This document shows, piece after piece, positions 1 to 13,500 of a stretch of DNA of 64,000 nt. Each line of letters opens with the position of its first letter. The stretch's first letter is position 1. The stretch is from Eledone cirrhosa (Eukaryota), in the NCBI GenBank assembly GCA_964016885.1, contig OZ024742.1, positions 180,172,001 to 180,236,000 on the forward strand, written 5' to 3'. A model generated the notes under the pieces. It worked only from the letters and a program-made list of their open reading frames with translations, did no database searches and was not told where the DNA came from. The position numbers were made by a program, and so were the translations under genes.

Positions 1-845
1 TGTTGTGAAGTAGAAAACAAGTTATGGATCTAGCTGGGAGGAAGTTTAATAAGAAGCAGAGGTTTTTGCACAGATTATTGCCGCAAGTTAAAAGAACAAC
101 ACCAACAACGATAACAGTAACAGCAACAACAAATTATTTCAGTATTATACATTGGTGGCTACTTAGAGAAGAAGGAACATCATTTTTAGTTATTATAAGT
201 GTTTTTTTGTTTTTGTTTTATTTTTTAACATGTCAACCAATCAAAGAATGTCTTAAAAAGAAGAAAAAATAATGTATTTTAAGAGAAAAAATAAAAGAAG
301 GAAATATGAAAAAAAATCTTGTTAAAACTCCAGGAAATAAATCCTTAGTTATCGGTCTAATACTTTTTTTTTATAATTATTGGAAATATTTTTTGAAATT
401 GTGTACTTATGTTGGCATCTCTCCTTAGAAAGGAATAATGAAATATAGAAACAGATAAATTAAAGCAAAAACTATATAGCCTGTCATGAAAATAATAGAG
501 CTTTGGTTAAGATGTATACTTTAAGGGATGATAGCATAATTCAAGAGACATGATTGGAGACAGAGAATAATTATTGATGGAAATAATGGGAAAATGCTGA
601 TTGGAAATGTTTGCCAAGAAGTTTCAATGATGTAGTTATTAATGTAAGAAATATTGTAGATCTTTACATTGTGCGTGTGTGGTTTGGGTTAATTTTGTTA
701 CATTGATATCAGTAGGGAGAGAAAATGAATCAATGTTTTTTTCATTTTCATTGAAAGAAATGAGTTTTATTAGAGTTTAGTTTCAATGAAAAACAGGTCT
801 AGTGAAGAAAGCATATTATCCAGAATAAGAACAAGGTAGAACAAT

Positions 846-1350
846 TTCAGAGAGATATTACTTCTGCTGGTAAAGATGGGACTCTTTCTCTCTCTCTAAG
901 ATTATATGATGCCCACATGGAAAGAATGATGTTGCATAGTGTAGATACAGAAGACTTGCAAAGGTTGGAGAGGAACAAATCAAGCATATGCTAGTCGATG
1001 CAGAATGTCAGCATGCATGAACAACAAAGCATGGATGAGCTGAAAGAAAAACCGGGCTTAAGAGGAATCAGATGTAACAGGCAGAAGGGAAAGCTGCCCT
1101 GATACATAGTAGGTGATACATATGGATTATGACTATTGGGTGAAGAATTGCCAGGAGTTCCAAGTAGAAGGGAATCACAAACGAGGAAGACTAAGGATGA
1201 TGTAGGCAAAAGAGGTGATTACCAGCCTTAAAATACTGAAACTCACAAAGTTGATGACACAAGAAAAATAAAAATGAAAGGAAGGGGTACTGGAAAGAAC
1301 ATGTTTAATCCATGCAAATATAGAAGAGTGGATGTAAATATGATGATAAT
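846..1350 (+). mobile_element. Degenerate 3' fragment of an RTE-clade LINE
   Basis: Decayed frame resembling an RTE C-terminus (RLERNKSS...MDELKEKTGLRGIRC), ending in ccatgcaa...gtggatgtaaa(tga)n. Similar to 46220-46790. Confidence 0.55.
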
Positions 1351-3814
1351 GATATATGAACCTAAATTATATTGGTTTATATCAATATTCAGACATAATA
1401 TTTTACCCCTACTCAAAAGGCCTTTAAAGAACACCTGAATGTCTCCTAAAAGACTCTTAATAAACACTGAATGTACTCCCAAAATACTGTTAATAACCAC
1501 TCATTGGTTCTGGTTTCAAATTAAAAGAATATAAATATTTACCTGGATAAGATATCAGTATTAACTTAGATATAGAGTTCTCAGGTTACCTAATTGCTAT
1601 TCTTGAGTGACGATCACTGTGACCTCTAAAATTAACCCTTTCTTTACGATATTTCAAAAAAATATTACTGCTTAATATTATTAGTTAATTTGGAAAATAA
1701 TCACGAATTTGGAGGATTTAGTAATATAAATAAATTTATCATTTTTCAGCTGATGTTTGAAACATAATAAAATTTTCTTACATGAAATTGTGATGGATGT
1801 GGTTTAGATAAATATAAATACTTTAAAATAAATAGCTTTGTACCATAGAATCAGAGGTGGTATTATGTAATTTGGTGTTAGACTGATATCTACCACATTA
1901 CACACTAATATTTTCCAATGTATTTGCAATAAAGGCCTAATTTAAATCAGCTATTTCACTTCCACTAATCCAACTGATGCAAGTAGATACCATACTTAGT
2001 ACTGTGAGTATGTGTGTAGGTAGAACCATGTGGTTAGATAGTCCACTTTACAGTCATGTGATTCCAGATTCTATCACTGTGTAGAGTACTTTTCGGCAAT
2101 GTTTTTTTCAGTCATTGGAACAACCCAAGTCTTAGGAGTAAAATTGGGTAGATGGAAATTGTGTGGAAGCCCATTAAAGAGACTGTTCTTGTTCTGAGGT
2201 GTAAGACTTATTTCATCATCCAGTTTAACATTGCCACAACATGATCCTTGTGTGACTTTAGTGGAGACTGCACTATTGCAAGTATTTGATCAGATCTCTT
2301 GCCTGAGCATAACTTCTTTCCACCAGTGACAGAGGCCATTAAAAAGTTTTTGAGTAGAACATTAGATCACACTTCTCCCTACTTTTCAATGGTGCACATA
2401 GATGTAGCAAAATGTATGGTGATATGCTTATTCCGATAATTCTTAAAATTATTGTGAATTAGTGTGCCTGCATAGAATGGTATGAGGCACCTCTCCACAC
2501 AAATGCTCAAATTCTAGCAATGGACCTGCATGAATGCCACATAATCATATTTCTTCTGCTATGGAGCTCTCTCTGTGTGAGAAATATTTATTGTTACACT
2601 AAATTATTCTTGCATGCTGAGTGAAGAGGACTTTTTAGCATTGCGCAGAACAAGGTATTCTTTTTAGTGTTTGTATCACAATAAAATGCACCCACTACTC
2701 ACTGTAAAGTAGTTGGCAACAAAACAGAGAATATAGGGTAGAGAGACGTTTTTTAATCTTGTCGAGTATTTGTCAACATTTCTGGCGCTGGGGCCATGAT
2801 AAATTCTACCTCATATAACACTGTTCGGTGGTTGGTATTAGAAAGGGCAGACAGCCATAGAAACCATAGCATAAGGAAACATATGAGCAAGACGTGGTAC
2901 TTTAGCCTGTTTATGATGACCAACTTTGAATACAAATTGCCTCAAATGATAAGGACTTACTCAATCTATTCCAAAATAAAATGATGATGATTATGAGTGG
3001 GCAACCCAATTGAAACCATTGTTAGAACAATGTTAAAATGAGAAAGGTATCAGGTTCATGCAATCACTTTTTCACTTTTTAAAATGTCAAACTTTTTATT
3101 CATGATTATGCTTTTCTCTGGTGATTGTTATTTGTCTTTTTCTCAATCATGATGAAGTTGATTTTTCTTTTCCATTGATTCTTTGAAAAACAAGAAAATG
3201 AAATGCTTTGATTTTGTCTGTTATTTGTTTGATAGAAAAAGACATAAAAATTATTTGTTGCAGATTATTGAAAAGTCTGAGAGAATGCAATAAAAAAGAA
3301 CAGATATAAAACGAGAATATAAATTTAATCATGCATATGAAAACAGCAAATTAAAATACCAAAGAAATATCAGTTCTATATATCTTTGTTCTTTGTTTCT
3401 TGAATTAGTGAAGGTTGAATAATTTATGATTTGGGTTTCAAATATATAAAGAAGATTATGATAAAAATAGACTTCCTATTGTTTGTTTCTTATTTTTTTA
3501 CATGTGAAAAGATTTGGCAAGTTCTTTGATGAAGAAGCCTATAAGAATGAAATCCTCATTTGCCTTTGTACTAAACAATTGATTCATTATCATGTGGCTA
3601 CTTCAGAACTAAATTGTAAATAGCTTGAGAATATGACCAAATGTATCATTTATAGAAACAAACTTGTTTTAACATATATATATTTATATTTTTTGTTAAA
3701 AAATTGATTTTACTATTTCAATATTTTAAAAATTGATTTTGATATTTCAAATTTTATTGTGAATTATTGGATTCTTTGGATGTTGCAGTTATCACATTGT
3801 AGTTACTGCTGTTG

Positions 3815-3862
3815 TTGTTGCTATGGTAGCTGTTGTGGCTATTGTTACTATTGTATATGTGG

Positions 3863-3909
<47 letters not shown>

Positions 3910-3920
3910 ATGATTGTGGT
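3815..3920. repeat. (GTT)n microsatellite
   Basis: Pure (gtt)n at about 3861-3909 with degenerate flanks. Confidence 0.95.
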
Positions 3921-4225
3921 GGTTAGAGCAGTTTTATGGAAAAAGAATGAATGACATAGTGAAAAGCTTAAAGGTATTGTTTTGTGCTGCAAGTCTTTGA
4001 TGTTGTTGGCACCTTTCAGTGGGACCTAATAACATTATATTCTGATTAGAATGCAGTATTTTTTACTGTCTTAACATTTGAATCGTTGTTGAACTGCATG
4101 GAGAGAGTTAACAATCACAGTAGACAGGAATGTAGCCTCAAAAGAATCAAAACAGGTTTCTGTAATATGTTAATGTTGATAAAACAACAACAACAACAAC
4201 AACAATAATAATGATAATAATGATT

Positions 4226-4412
4226 TATACTACAGGCACAAGGCCAGCAATTTGGGGGAGGAGAAAGTCGATTAAATTGACCCCAGTGCATTACTTCTGC
4301 TTTATTTTATTGACCCTGTAAAGATGAAAAGCAAAGCTAACCTCGGCAGGATTTGAACTTAGAACGTAAAAGGCCATAACTCTATGCTATAAAACATGGT
4401 GTCTGATGTTCT
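4226..4412 (-). mobile_element. tRNA-derived SINE, older copy
   Basis: aggcacaaggccagcaat...gatgaaaagcaaagctaacctcggcaggatttgaact; reverse strand carries a B-box-like gttcaaatcc. Confidence 0.8.
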
Positions 4413-4427
4413 AATAATAATAATAAT

Positions 4428-4607
4428 TGTTTCTACTTTAGGCACAAGGCCAGCAATTACCCAGTGCATTACTGGTACTTTATTTTATCGACCCCGTATG
4501 GATGAAAGGCAAAGTCAACCTCGGCGGGATTTGAACTCAGATCGTAAAGGGACGTAACTATGCTGGAAAGCATGGCGTCCGACCCTCTACCGATACTGCC
4601 AATCCAC

Positions 4608-4608
<1 letters not shown>
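4428..4608 (-). mobile_element. tRNA-derived SINE, young subfamily
   Basis: Reverse strand has A box tggcagtatcgg, B box gagttcaaatcc and core gttgactttgcctttcatcc. Near-identical to 40505-40683 and 60576-60730. Confidence 0.85.
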
Positions 4609-4654
<46 letters not shown>

Positions 4655-4903
4655 CTTTCTTTATTAACCACAAGGGTTTACATAAAGTAGACATTAAGGA
4701 CAGTACAGGACAATACAGGACGGTACAAATGGGCATTTCTGCGTGTAAAAAAACAAAAACAGGATGTAACAAAAAAATAACAATGAAAAATTCCCCAATA
4801 GGGGGGAGACTTCCGAGGGACATTTGTGGAGAAAGCCCATTAAAAGACCACAGTGACCCTGACCACCAAGGAAAGTGCCCTCTCCCAGTTTTCCACCTTT
4901 AAT

Positions 4904-7900
4904 TTACAGACACATACTTAGAGTAGGCCCATTCACTCGGGCCATACTTGCTTTTCTCACCCATCTTTCAACAAAATGCTGGGAAGAGAGCACTTCCCTC
5001 TCTACCCTGATTTTCCATTTCAAATGAAATTTGAAAAAGTCAATCAGGGCATCACCGAAGAGGTAAGTGCTCGTCTTCAGCCCTTTCAAACGTGTCCACC
5101 ATACTATCTCTTTCGCCATGGCCACCAGACAGATAAAAACTGCCTGCCCTTCCCGGCTAAAGGAAGAGGGCGGGGAAATCCTCACGATGGAGTCAGCTGA
5201 TAGCTGGATCCGTCCTACACGTGACAGCAGGTGTTCGACATAAGCCCACAAGTCAGCAATGCTCGGACACTGGACGAGTGCGTGCAGGACGGTGTCGTCG
5301 CCCTGCGCGCATTTCGGACATGCCCGGCTGACGGCACCTCCATGCCTGTAGAGTTTATCCCGAACTGGCAAAGCTCCTCGTTAGCACTGCCAGGCCAGGG
5401 ATTTCTGGAGGTTGTCCATAGGTCCCGGCCCGAAGGTTCTTCCGAAGAGATTGGCTAGTTGATTTTCGTCGACGCCTAGAGTTTGTCTAAGTACGTCGTT
5501 GCTCTTCCCCTCCACTAATCCTCTATAGAACGGCAAGGTGGAGTTTCCACTGATCACATTGCCCGATTGATCGAGGGCTATGAGCACCTGAAGACATTCC
5601 AGTCTCCAAGCGCTCCTTCTCGGTTTTCTCTTGACCCAGGACTGCAGCTCCGTCAAGGAGACGAGCTGGGGAAATACGTGTCTAGCAAACGGCGACCACA
5701 CCTGATCACCGTCGAGGAAGAGGTGGATATGTCATAGCCTGAGCGCGTGTCTGCGCATCATCAGCCACGGCATGCCCAGCCCTCCACGTAGCCGGTGTTG
5801 ACAGCAGATGGACCGCCTGACCATCGGAGCACGTCCCTTCCACAAAAAGCGAAAGAGTAAACGCTCCAGCGCAGTCTGGCGGGGCTTAGGACAAGGTACA
5901 ACGGTCAGGCGGTAGCAGATGACGGACGCGATGTACGCGTTAGCCACCTCCACTCGACCTTTCAGGGATAGCTTCCTCTCGGCCGATTTCTGGGTGAGAG
6001 AAGCCACCCTGCTCGTCACCTCGTCCCAGTTTTTGTCCGTCTGGAGGCCCGGTCCGAACAAGACCCCTAGCAATTTAACCAGTTGTCCATCCAGCGCCCG
6101 ACGACGCTTTTGGACGGCATGGACCTGCCTCTCCAGGTGCCGAGCTGCAGGCCCACTGACTTTTCCTGGTTGATCATTGCTTCTGTCACCGCTTCGTATT
6201 CTCTTAGTGTAGTGCCGATCGCCTAGATGTGTTTGGCGTTCGACACCACTACGGTAACATCGTCTGCATATGCTGACACGGATCTACCGCATCTTAGTTC
6301 GCGCGAGATCCCCTTAACGTCTCCAGTTTGTGCAGTAATGGCTCGAGAGTCAATACGTACAAGAGGGACGAGAGGGGACATCCTTGGCGGACCGAGCGCA
6401 TGATGTTGAACGGTTCCGAAAGATGACCGTTCACTCTCACCACAGAGCAGTTGTCGCTGTGCATGGCAGCGATCCAGCCTCTGAAGACGGGCCCAAATCC
6501 AGCTTCCCACAGGACTGCCGCTAGGTAACGATGGTCGACCCTATCGAAAGCTTTCGACTGATCTAAATTTATCAAGGACCCACCCGTGTCATGTTCCCTA
6601 GCTGCCCTCTCTACGATGTATGAGGTGGAGGTTGTCGTGGATGGATCTGTCGGGAATGGCGCATGTCTGCGCCTCTCCCACCAGACCACCAACGACAAGC
6701 GCCAACCTCTTTGCTAGCACCTTGGCCAAAATCTTGAACTCTGTGTTTAGCAGAGTTATGGGCCTGAAATTATCTATGTTATCCCACTTGTTCGGATCCT
6801 TTCTCAGCAGCGCCACAGCTCTTCGGCTCACAGTGCTGTGAATTCTCCCGTTCTGTTGCCAGTTGCAGTAGACGTCCACCAAGTGGCCTCCGAACAAGTC
6901 TGGCATCTGTACGTAAAGTTCATAGGGTAGACCATCCAAATCAGGCGATTTACCCCTTGTGCAGCAGTCATTGCCTCCCATTGCTGTTATCGGCTTTTTG
7001 AAACACTCCGCCTCAGTGGCCGAGAGCCGCGGCAGTCCGTCGAGGTAGACACTAAAGTCCATCCCTCGATCCGGCCCGCCGCTGCCTCCGCGCATCTGTG
7101 CGAAGTGTCGCTGAAAAGCTTCACACATTTGCCCGGGATCGAGTAGCTTACGCCCGTCGTGGTCCACCAAAGACCGGATCGTGGCTTTGTTGCCAAGATT
7201 CGCCTCCGCCACTCGGGCCCATTGAACGACTTTCGTCCCCTCGTGTCTGAGAGCACGCACCCTAGCTCTGACAACGCAGCCTTCGTGCTTTGCATTGAAG
7301 AATTGGTCAAGGGCCAATTTCGCCGCAAGTACGTCGGTCGCGATGCCTTTGCTAAGTGCCTTGTCTAATTTTCTAACTAGTTCTCCCTCTGCTCTATTTT
7401 TCTCTATTGCTAAAGCCTTACTAAACCTAATGGACTCTATTCTAATAGCTCGTTTCAGAGCAAACCACCACTTGTTGTTGAGGATGGCCCCCGTCAACGC
7501 CCGCTTAACTAGTTCGCTAATCAGGTCTCTGTAGGCCTTGCACGCTGGTAAGGACGCGTTTAGCTTCCAGTAGCCGGGTCCTCGTCTATGAAGCCTATCT
7601 AAGTCAAGCACACAGATCACGAATTTGTGGTCCGTGTAGCTGACTATCTTGAATTGTGAACAGCCTATGCTAGACCTATCTATTTCCCTACAAAATACTC
7701 TATCTAGATATGATCTGGATGACCCTATGCGATTTGTCCACATTGGCACATTCGGGAAATCCAATCGGTACCTGTCAGACAGTTCAAAACGCCTGAGCAG
7801 GTTGGTGAGGCTCTTGCACCCTCCTCCCCTATCCGCTAATCCCACACTATCCCAGCGTGCATCTAAGATCCCGTTCCAATCGCCCACTAACACTAAAGAG

Positions 7901-8301
7901 CGGGACGTTCCAAGAAAGGTCTCCAGACGCCGGAAGAAATCAGGGCGCCCTGCTCCTGTTGGGGCATAGACGGCCACTAACCTGAAAGCTTGCCCGTCTC
8001 CGCTGGTCACGTCCAGCACCACCAACTTACCTTCTGGGTCCAGGAAGATGTCCTGTATGGCGAGATCCAAACCTCTCCGATAAAGCACAGCACCCCCCCC
8101 CCCCGATCCAGGACGGCTGGGAGATGCGTACACATCGTAGCCGCCGAAGGTCGGTGCGAAGGCCCATAATTCGGAGATTCTGGTCTCGCTGATGGCCACT
8201 ACATCTATGTTTAGTGATCTGAGGTCGTTGAGCAGGTGACCCTGCTTCCATGACGACCCCAAGCCACGCGCATTTATGCTGCCTATTCTGAGTGAGGTCA
8301 T
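4904..8301 (-). pseudogene. ORF2 of copy A: AP endonuclease, reverse transcriptase, C-terminal Cys/His motif; disrupted
   Basis: MTSLRIGSINARGL, VAISET, VYAP, GDWN, YLDR, TDH (APE); GKSPDLDG, FRPITLLN, LDQSKAFDRV, RQGCPLS, YADD (RT); CPKC...HALVQC. Several frameshifts and stops. Confidence 0.92.
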
Positions 8302-8335
8302 GTTGAAATGGAGTGGAAAAGATGGGAAAGACCAC

Positions 8336-10272
8336 TTACCTTACTTCTCGTAGAGAAAGGATGGTTTCTCCATCCTTTTCACTGCTTGTGGCCTCTTCCG
8401 AAAGGATGTCCTTATAAATCCTCCTGGAGAGTGCTTGTCGGAAATCTCCGATGTCTTTTGGGAATTTTTGTTTTAGTGTCGTCTACGTTTTCTGTGTGAT
8501 GCGAGTGCTTTGTATGTGTGGAAGTGGTGTGAATTTTTGGGTTGTTGTGTAGTCCTTTTCTGTGATGCTGGTGCTGTGTTGGATGTAGTGTAATAATTGG
8601 TTGTTGTTCAAATTTAAAGCTGTGTAGTGTGTATCGTTTTGGTTGTTTTGTTTTTTTTGCCGTTGTTGTGGGTTTGTTTCTGTTTCGCTTTTTGGTGACT
8701 TTTGAGGTGTTGGTGATGGTGGTGTTGGGGTTAATGATGGTGATGGTGTTGGTGTTTGTGGTGATGGGGTTGGTGATGCTGGTGTGGATGGTGGCATATC
8801 TGTCTTAACTTTTTTGTTTGATAGTTTATTTGTTTCCCTCTGTATTTTGTTTTTGGAGGGGGAAGGAAGAGGATACTTTCTTTTTTGGTTTCTTTTTCTT
8901 TTTTTCTTTTTTCCTGATACCGTTTCCCACTGCTCGTCGTCACAATCTGTCTCCAGTTGCGATAGGTCGGGGAGTGGAAAATCCTCCACAGGCGTTGGTT
9001 TGGTTTTGGTTGTGGCGTGGTGGATGGTGTAGGCGTTGGTGCTAGTTCTGGCGCGTTGGGTGGTGGTGGTGTTGGTTTTGCTACTGTTGCTGGGGTTGTT
9101 GCTGTTACAGTTGCTTCTGTTGTTGCTGCTACAGTTGTTGCTGCCATTTCTGCTGCTGGTGGTGTTGATGGTTGGTCACCGGGGTGGGTAAGAGAGGTGG
9201 CCTCAACCTTTTAGCCTGAGGGCAGAAAGCCCTTAGGTGGGTTCCTTCACTACAAACGACACACCTAGGCCTTCTGCCCTCGACGATTACGGTGAGGTGG
9301 CTGCCGTCAGTGAGGTCTATTACCTCTGGGATCTCGTCAATGCTTTTTTGGTCCGCTTGGATCAGGAGCTCCATCCCTGATCCGGACCAGTTCTCCTGCT
9401 TTTCTTTCGCTATTTCGATTATTTTGGTGTTGGCTTCGATGCCGGCGAGGACGGCAGCCATTAGCCAGGGAATTTCGATGGCCGGTGGAACGTGGGTCAC
9501 CCTGATCTTCACGAGTCTCTGGCCACAATAGCTTGGGACGAGTGTGAAGTTGTCACTTCTTAATGGGGCCATGGAGTGTTCTCTGGCCTCCGGGTGTTGT
9601 TTCAAAGCACACGTCCACGGTTCCATGTTTCTGCCCACGTCTAATGTGGGGTTTTTTTGCCCACACATGTCCGAAAGCTTTTTGTATTTGGGACTCGGAT
9701 GCCCGTTCCACTCGGCGCGATTTTATGTTAATCGTCCGATAAGACACGGTGCATAGGCGCCATGGTCCATTGTATTAGGAGTGTGTGTGTGGGGGGGGGG
9801 CTGACCCTGTACCCATCTTTCTTTACCATTCTTTTGGCTTCTAATTCCTCCTGAGTTTCCTGGAATGCTTCGCACTTTTTTGCTACTCTGGCAAAAGACA
9901 GGGTGGTTTTCTTAATTTCATTGATGCTGTTGTTATCGCTATTTTTGTTATTGTTAATTTTAGTTTCAGTTGTGGTGGTGGTGGCGGCAGTGGTGTTCGG
10001 TGTGGAAGAGTTCATTTTGGGTGGATTCATTTCGATATCACGAGATAATTTCATTTTTTCTTTTGTTTCTGTTGTCGCTGTGGTGTGGTCGGGGTAGCGG
10101 CTTCATCACCTGCAGTCATTGGTAATGGCGGGAAAGGAATGTCTGCCTGAGACAAATTAAAAATATTGCTACTGCTTATATTTTTAGTGTTGGCAAACGT
10201 AGTAATATTTACAATTGTGGTGTCGGTGTGAGGTGTTAGTTTGTGAGGAAGGTGTGAATCTGAGTCGTCCAT
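8336..10272 (-). pseudogene. ORF1 (gag-like) of copy A, disrupted
   Basis: Fragments include VEGRRPRCVVCSEGTHLRAFCP (CX2CX4HX4C), a Pro/Thr-rich linker and basic WETVSGKKKKRK. Confidence 0.8.
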
Positions 10273-10510
10273 GATTTTTTCAAAGAAAAGTTTTTTTTTT
10301 TGATAATTATAAAAGTTTAAATTTTGGGCTGAAGGCCCCAATCTTTTTGAGTGTCCTTTTCAGATAACAATGTATGTGCACTTATATACAGTTAACAATA
10401 AACATTGTCCATAAATGGCAATTTTAAACAACTGAAAATAACAAACCTTTGCGGAGCTCACGATAATACGATTTACTTCGTAGGTCGCCAATAATAATAA
10501 TAATAATAAT

Positions 10511-13500
10511 AAGGAAATATGTCCCTATTAGGTAAATATGTCAACACATATATTAAACATACTCGACAAACGCATAGATACACAGATCAAACAAAACAAC
10601 AGTCTATTCAACAAAACTAAGTAACGACAACGCCATCACTATAGTCACCGCCGCCACCACTCCATCCATCATTGCTACCACTATCCCATCACCGCCGCCA
10701 CCACTCCTTCATTGCTACCACCACTATTCCGCCATTACCTTCTGTTAACTTAAGAAAGGGGAAGGTGGCGGTATCACTAGACAAGGGAGAGGCTAGCAAA
10801 AGATATAAATAGATTGACTTAGTGACCCGGCCACCGGCCAAACGTCAACGACTATGACACTGCTGGCTCCCCCTTCCCCACCAACAATAGAAAAAGCCCC
10901 AGCACCACCACCAACATAGCCAACAACAATAACAGGCAACTTCAGCAAAAAGTATATTATATTATTAATAATTTCATTCTTAAGCCACGCAATGCTCACA
11001 TTAAGGAACCACTCATGATAATAACAATTTAAAAAACAACAAAAAAGAAAACCCCGTGACCAAGAAATACCGGGATGGCGGCCGGCGGGGAATAGCCGTG
11101 TCTCTAGGGGAGGACGACCCCTCTAGTCTTGGTTGACACTCGTCCTAAAAGTGGTAACACGAAATGATTACCCCTTGGCGGATAAGGATAAAACGCGATA
11201 AAATAAAGTAAATATCTAATGATAAAATCTCATACCGGATCGGCCGTCACCCAGGTCAAAAAGGGCCGCGACCCTCAGAGAGGAACCAGACTGGGGTCGA
11301 AAAATCAGCTAATGGTTCAAACCTTCCCATCACTTCGGAGCTGGAGACCTCCCATAACCGGAATACTCCTACTGTTGGCCCTCCATGCTCACCACCAAGA
11401 AATCCAAAGAAAAAGAGAGAAAAATGGTCAAGGGAAGATAATAAAGAAGTCCTTGAGGCTTTCTACACTGCCATGTACTACCCATCAAATACATCGAATA
11501 CAAAACAGACATATATCAACTGGAAAAAGAAACATCCCGAAAACAGAGGCTATATTGACAGTAACAAACTAGCCAATATACGAAGAAATATTGTAAAAAA
11601 AAAGTTACTAACTGATATAGAAATTGATCAGATCAAGCTATTAGCACAAAGTCAGCGAAGGGAAAATGAAACATGTGTCAGTGAAAACGAGGTAAATTGT
11701 AACACTTCGAATCCCAGGGTTGGAGCGGAATCACTGACAACAGAACAAATTAAAGAAAGGATCGAAAAAGTGGAGGGAGTGCATGCTCAAGATGAAACTC
11801 AAAATGAAAACAATGAGATCGTAAATGATAAAGAAATGAATGAGAATGAACTTGCCAACTTGAAGGATGAAATTATGATCGAATGGATGGAAATGAAAGA
11901 ATCTGACGTGGGGGAACGAGACACCCTCCCTAAGATCCAGAACTCCAAACAGAACCAAAAGGTAATACACAAGACTAACATAATTCTCAAAAACATTATC
12001 ATCACAAACAAACTAAACATTACTGATTTAAATCATCTCTATTATGCATCGGCTAAAGTCACCACTCAGTTATGTGGAGTGAAGATGAAAAAACAAAGGA
12101 ATTCCCACAAGAAATCTACTTGGCAAGAGAACATCAATTGCCAAATAAACCTTCTCCGATCTGACATCGAAATTTTTACAAACTATAAAGTAGGTGAACA
12201 TGTTAAACAAACTAAACTTAGAAAATTGAAAAGAAAGTACAGTATAAAACCAACAAGTGACATAGGCATGCTGATAGAAATAATCAAGCAAAAAGTGTCG
12301 GCCAAAGCTGCTCGTATAAGGCGCTTTGAAAAACGATCTAGATTCTATAAGGACAATAATATGTTCAAAACCAACTTCTACAGAAACTTCTACAGAAAAA
12401 GAAACTTCTACAGAAAAATTGGTAAGTCAACAATAACTGCTAAATCAATACCACCCAAGGAGGAAGTGCAAGAATTCTGGGAAAAGATCTTGGCCGTAGA
12501 AAAAGTTCATAATATACATGCCCCATGGATAGACAGACAAATGAAAGATACAGCTCACCTTGAGGAACAAATATGGGAAAATGTAACAGTTGAACAGTTG
12601 CGTTTGGCTCTAAGAAAAACCAGCAAATGGAAATCCCCAGGAAAAGACAAAATACAAAATTTTTGGATAAATGCCTTCACAGAGTCTCATGAGCTGTTAG
12701 CCCAACTTTACAATGAAATAGTTAAGGAGCCAGAAAAATACCATCATGGCTAGTTCACGGCATTACATTCCTACTTCCGAAGAATGATGAGACAAACAAG
12801 CCCAAACATTACAGACCGATAACTTGCTTGACCACAATGTATACAATTTTAACATCAGTCCTAACTGAATATACATATGACCACCTGATAACAAATGACC
12901 TATTTCCCATTGAGCAGAAAGGGTGTAAACGAGGCTCATATGGCTGTAAGGATCAGCTTTTGGTTAACAAAATGATACTGGAAGATTGTCATAATAGACA
13001 CAAACATCTATCAATTGCTTGGATAGATTATAAAAAAGCATTCGATAGTTTGCCACACAGTTAGATTGAAAAATGTTTAGAGATTTTCAAAATATCTCCC
13101 GTTGTCAGGAGGTTCCTGTCATTCAGTATGAAGACATGGAAAACGACACTCCTTTTGAATAGTGAAACAAAATCACTGGAAGCTGGAGAAGTAAATATTA
13201 ATTGTGGAATGTTTCAGGGTGACTCTTTATCACCGCTTTTATTCTGCATCGCACTTATACCATTAAGTAAAATGCTCAATGAAACAAAACATGGATATAA
13301 AGTCTATGACAAAACCATTAATCACTTGTTCTACATGGATGACCTGAAACTATTTGCAAAAAATGATGAACAATGGCAAGGGCTATTATCCACTGTGGGG
13401 CAGTTCAGTGATGACATTAAAATGGAGTTTTGACTAGATAAATGTAACCTGCAGTTACAATGTCATCAACTGGTCAATAACAGAGATCCGTAGGCTCGAT

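Larger units (their letters stand above)
4654..10490 (-). mobile_element. Tx1/L1-clade non-LTR retrotransposon copy A, near full length, in (AAT)n
   Basis: 5'UTR, ORF1 with CCHC knuckle, ORF2 with APE and RT, short 3'UTR; (AAT)n on both sides. Confidence 0.92.
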
